DNA of 64,000 bases, taken from NCBI GenBank assembly GCA_965113315.1, contig OZ220367.1. One strand, written 5' to 3'. This document shows, one piece after another, positions 62,690-64,000 of the stretch. The notes beneath the pieces are model-generated. The model ran no database searches. It had not been told where the DNA came from and was given only the letters and a program-made list of their open reading frames with translations. The first letter of the stretch is position 1; every line of letters begins with the position of its first letter. The stretch comes from Podarcis vaucheri. Lineage: Eukaryota. Position numbers and translations under genes: made by a program.

Positions 62690-63050
62690 TGGTATTACAC
62701 CGATTCTGTATCAGTTGCAGTGCTTCCCATCAGAACTGAAAGTGCTATTTCCCACCTTTAGAGCCCTCATTGGTTTGGGGCTAAGTTATTAGAAGGAAAA
62801 GCTGTGCCTGTATGAACCTACCTTTGCTTTAAGGTGGATATCAGAAGCCCTACTTGCTGGCCTGCATTTGAGATCATTTAGATTGGTGGGAACCGGGAAC
62901 CAGAGCCTTCTCAGTGGTGGCCCCTACTCTATGGGATACCCTCCCAAGAGAAGTGTTCACTTTAGCTTCAGTATTTAATTTGTTTTGAACTGTTTGTAAT
63001 GTTGAATTTTAAATTGTTTTCAAAGGGCGGGTGATAAATCAATACTACAA
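62690..63050 (+). mobile_element. Degraded L2-type LINE 3' portion in the intron after exon 6
   Basis: ..cagagccttctcagtggtggcccctactctatgggataccctcccaagagaagt (RAFSVVAPTLWDTLPRE, typical L2 ORF2 end), followed by an AAT-rich tail. Confidence 0.6.
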
Positions 63051-63629
63051 CGATAGTAATGATTAGTAATAATCATCCTATTATATTACTATGCAATTGT
63101 GCATAGGATTGTAGCTTAAGAGGGTTTTTTAAATCCCAGTGGTGAAAACAAAGCAAAACAAATAACATTATACCTGGGCTGGTTTCAAAAGTGATCAGGT
63201 GACAACCCAAAGCCCAGTAGCTCCCCTTGTGCAAACCACTGGAGCCTGGTCCTGATCTTACTAATGTAAGGAGGACCTTCCTCCCAAGCTTGAGGGGAGT
63301 GTTGGGTCAGATGAAGGGGTTGCATGCAATCCCAGGGAAGCTGATCTATTAGTCAGTGTAACTTTTCTTGCTAAGGTGAGCCCTAAAATTCACCTGTTGC
63401 TCTGTCATTCTAAGATCCTCTGTTGTAGGGGTGTGTTAGAACTGGCCCTTGCTTCTCCCATGCTGAAAGTGATTTTGAAAATAAGATGTGCTGTCAATCT
63501 GAGAAGTGTCACATGCCACTCTGTGAGCATTGATTTTTTTGTGTGTACACTGCACACACAGCCAGATGAAAGGACAAGATGTTTCTCTCCAGCGTTCACT
63601 GATGCTCTTCCTCTTCCTCCTTCCTGCAG

Positions 63630-63701
63630 GACTTTGAACAACAACAACATCAGCACCATCCCCATCTCCAGCTTCAACCATATGCCCAAACTGCGCACCT
63701 T
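63630..63701 (+). CDS. SLIT1: SLIT1 coding exon (equivalent to exon 7), LRR
   Basis: cctccttcctgcag / gtgagc; 72 nt; [23 protein letters not shown], then a codon split by the intron. Confidence 0.95.
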
Positions 63702-64000
63702 GTGAGCACATGATGAAGCAGCCCAAGGGCGGAGGGATTGGGGGTGGGGTGGAAGACCGCAGACTGGACATTTCATAAAGCATGGTGGGCTGGGAGCTAC
63801 CAGTCCATACAAGGAATCCTGGTGGCAACTTTTCAGTTTTAGATCCTGCAGATCTCCCATCTTGGCACTGATGTTTTCATAGTAGGTAATGCCTAACCCT
63901 GTGCCCAGGATCCCAAGAACTTGGGGCCCTACGAAGATGTGGGATGCTGCCCCCCAATGGCAGAAAGAGCCACAGCTCTGTTCATGGAGTTGTTGGCTCC

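Overview
Vertebrate (squamate reptile, most likely a lacertid lizard) genomic DNA from inside a SLIT1 gene on the + strand. Six 72-nt, phase-2/phase-2 coding exons (1877-1948, 2375-2446, 4060-4131, 61723-61794, 62231-62302, 63630-63701; equivalent to human exons 2-7) each encode one leucine-rich repeat of the first LRR domain. A 57.6-kb intron (4132-61722) fills most of the window. It holds lizard transposable elements: a Sauria SINE, other tRNA-derived SINEs, 5'-truncated L1/Tx1-type LINEs, L2/CR1/RTE-X-like remnants, Penelope-derived palindromes, and Tc1/mariner and hAT MITEs. Nearly all supplied ORFs are spurious. The most interesting non-genic signals are: a hAT MITE carrying a CpG-rich, first-exon/promoter-like cargo (58842-59363); a hAT MITE with tandem heptamer-octamer POU sites (39157-39581); a Penelope-derived palindrome with a decayed hammerhead-like core (3462-3653); a CCA-bearing tRNA-Thr retrocopy (19165-19241); and an L1 inserted exactly at the 5' end of a Sauria SINE (25755-26916). 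I found no complete novel multi-gene system. TE family names come from recalled consensus sequences and were not checked against a database.
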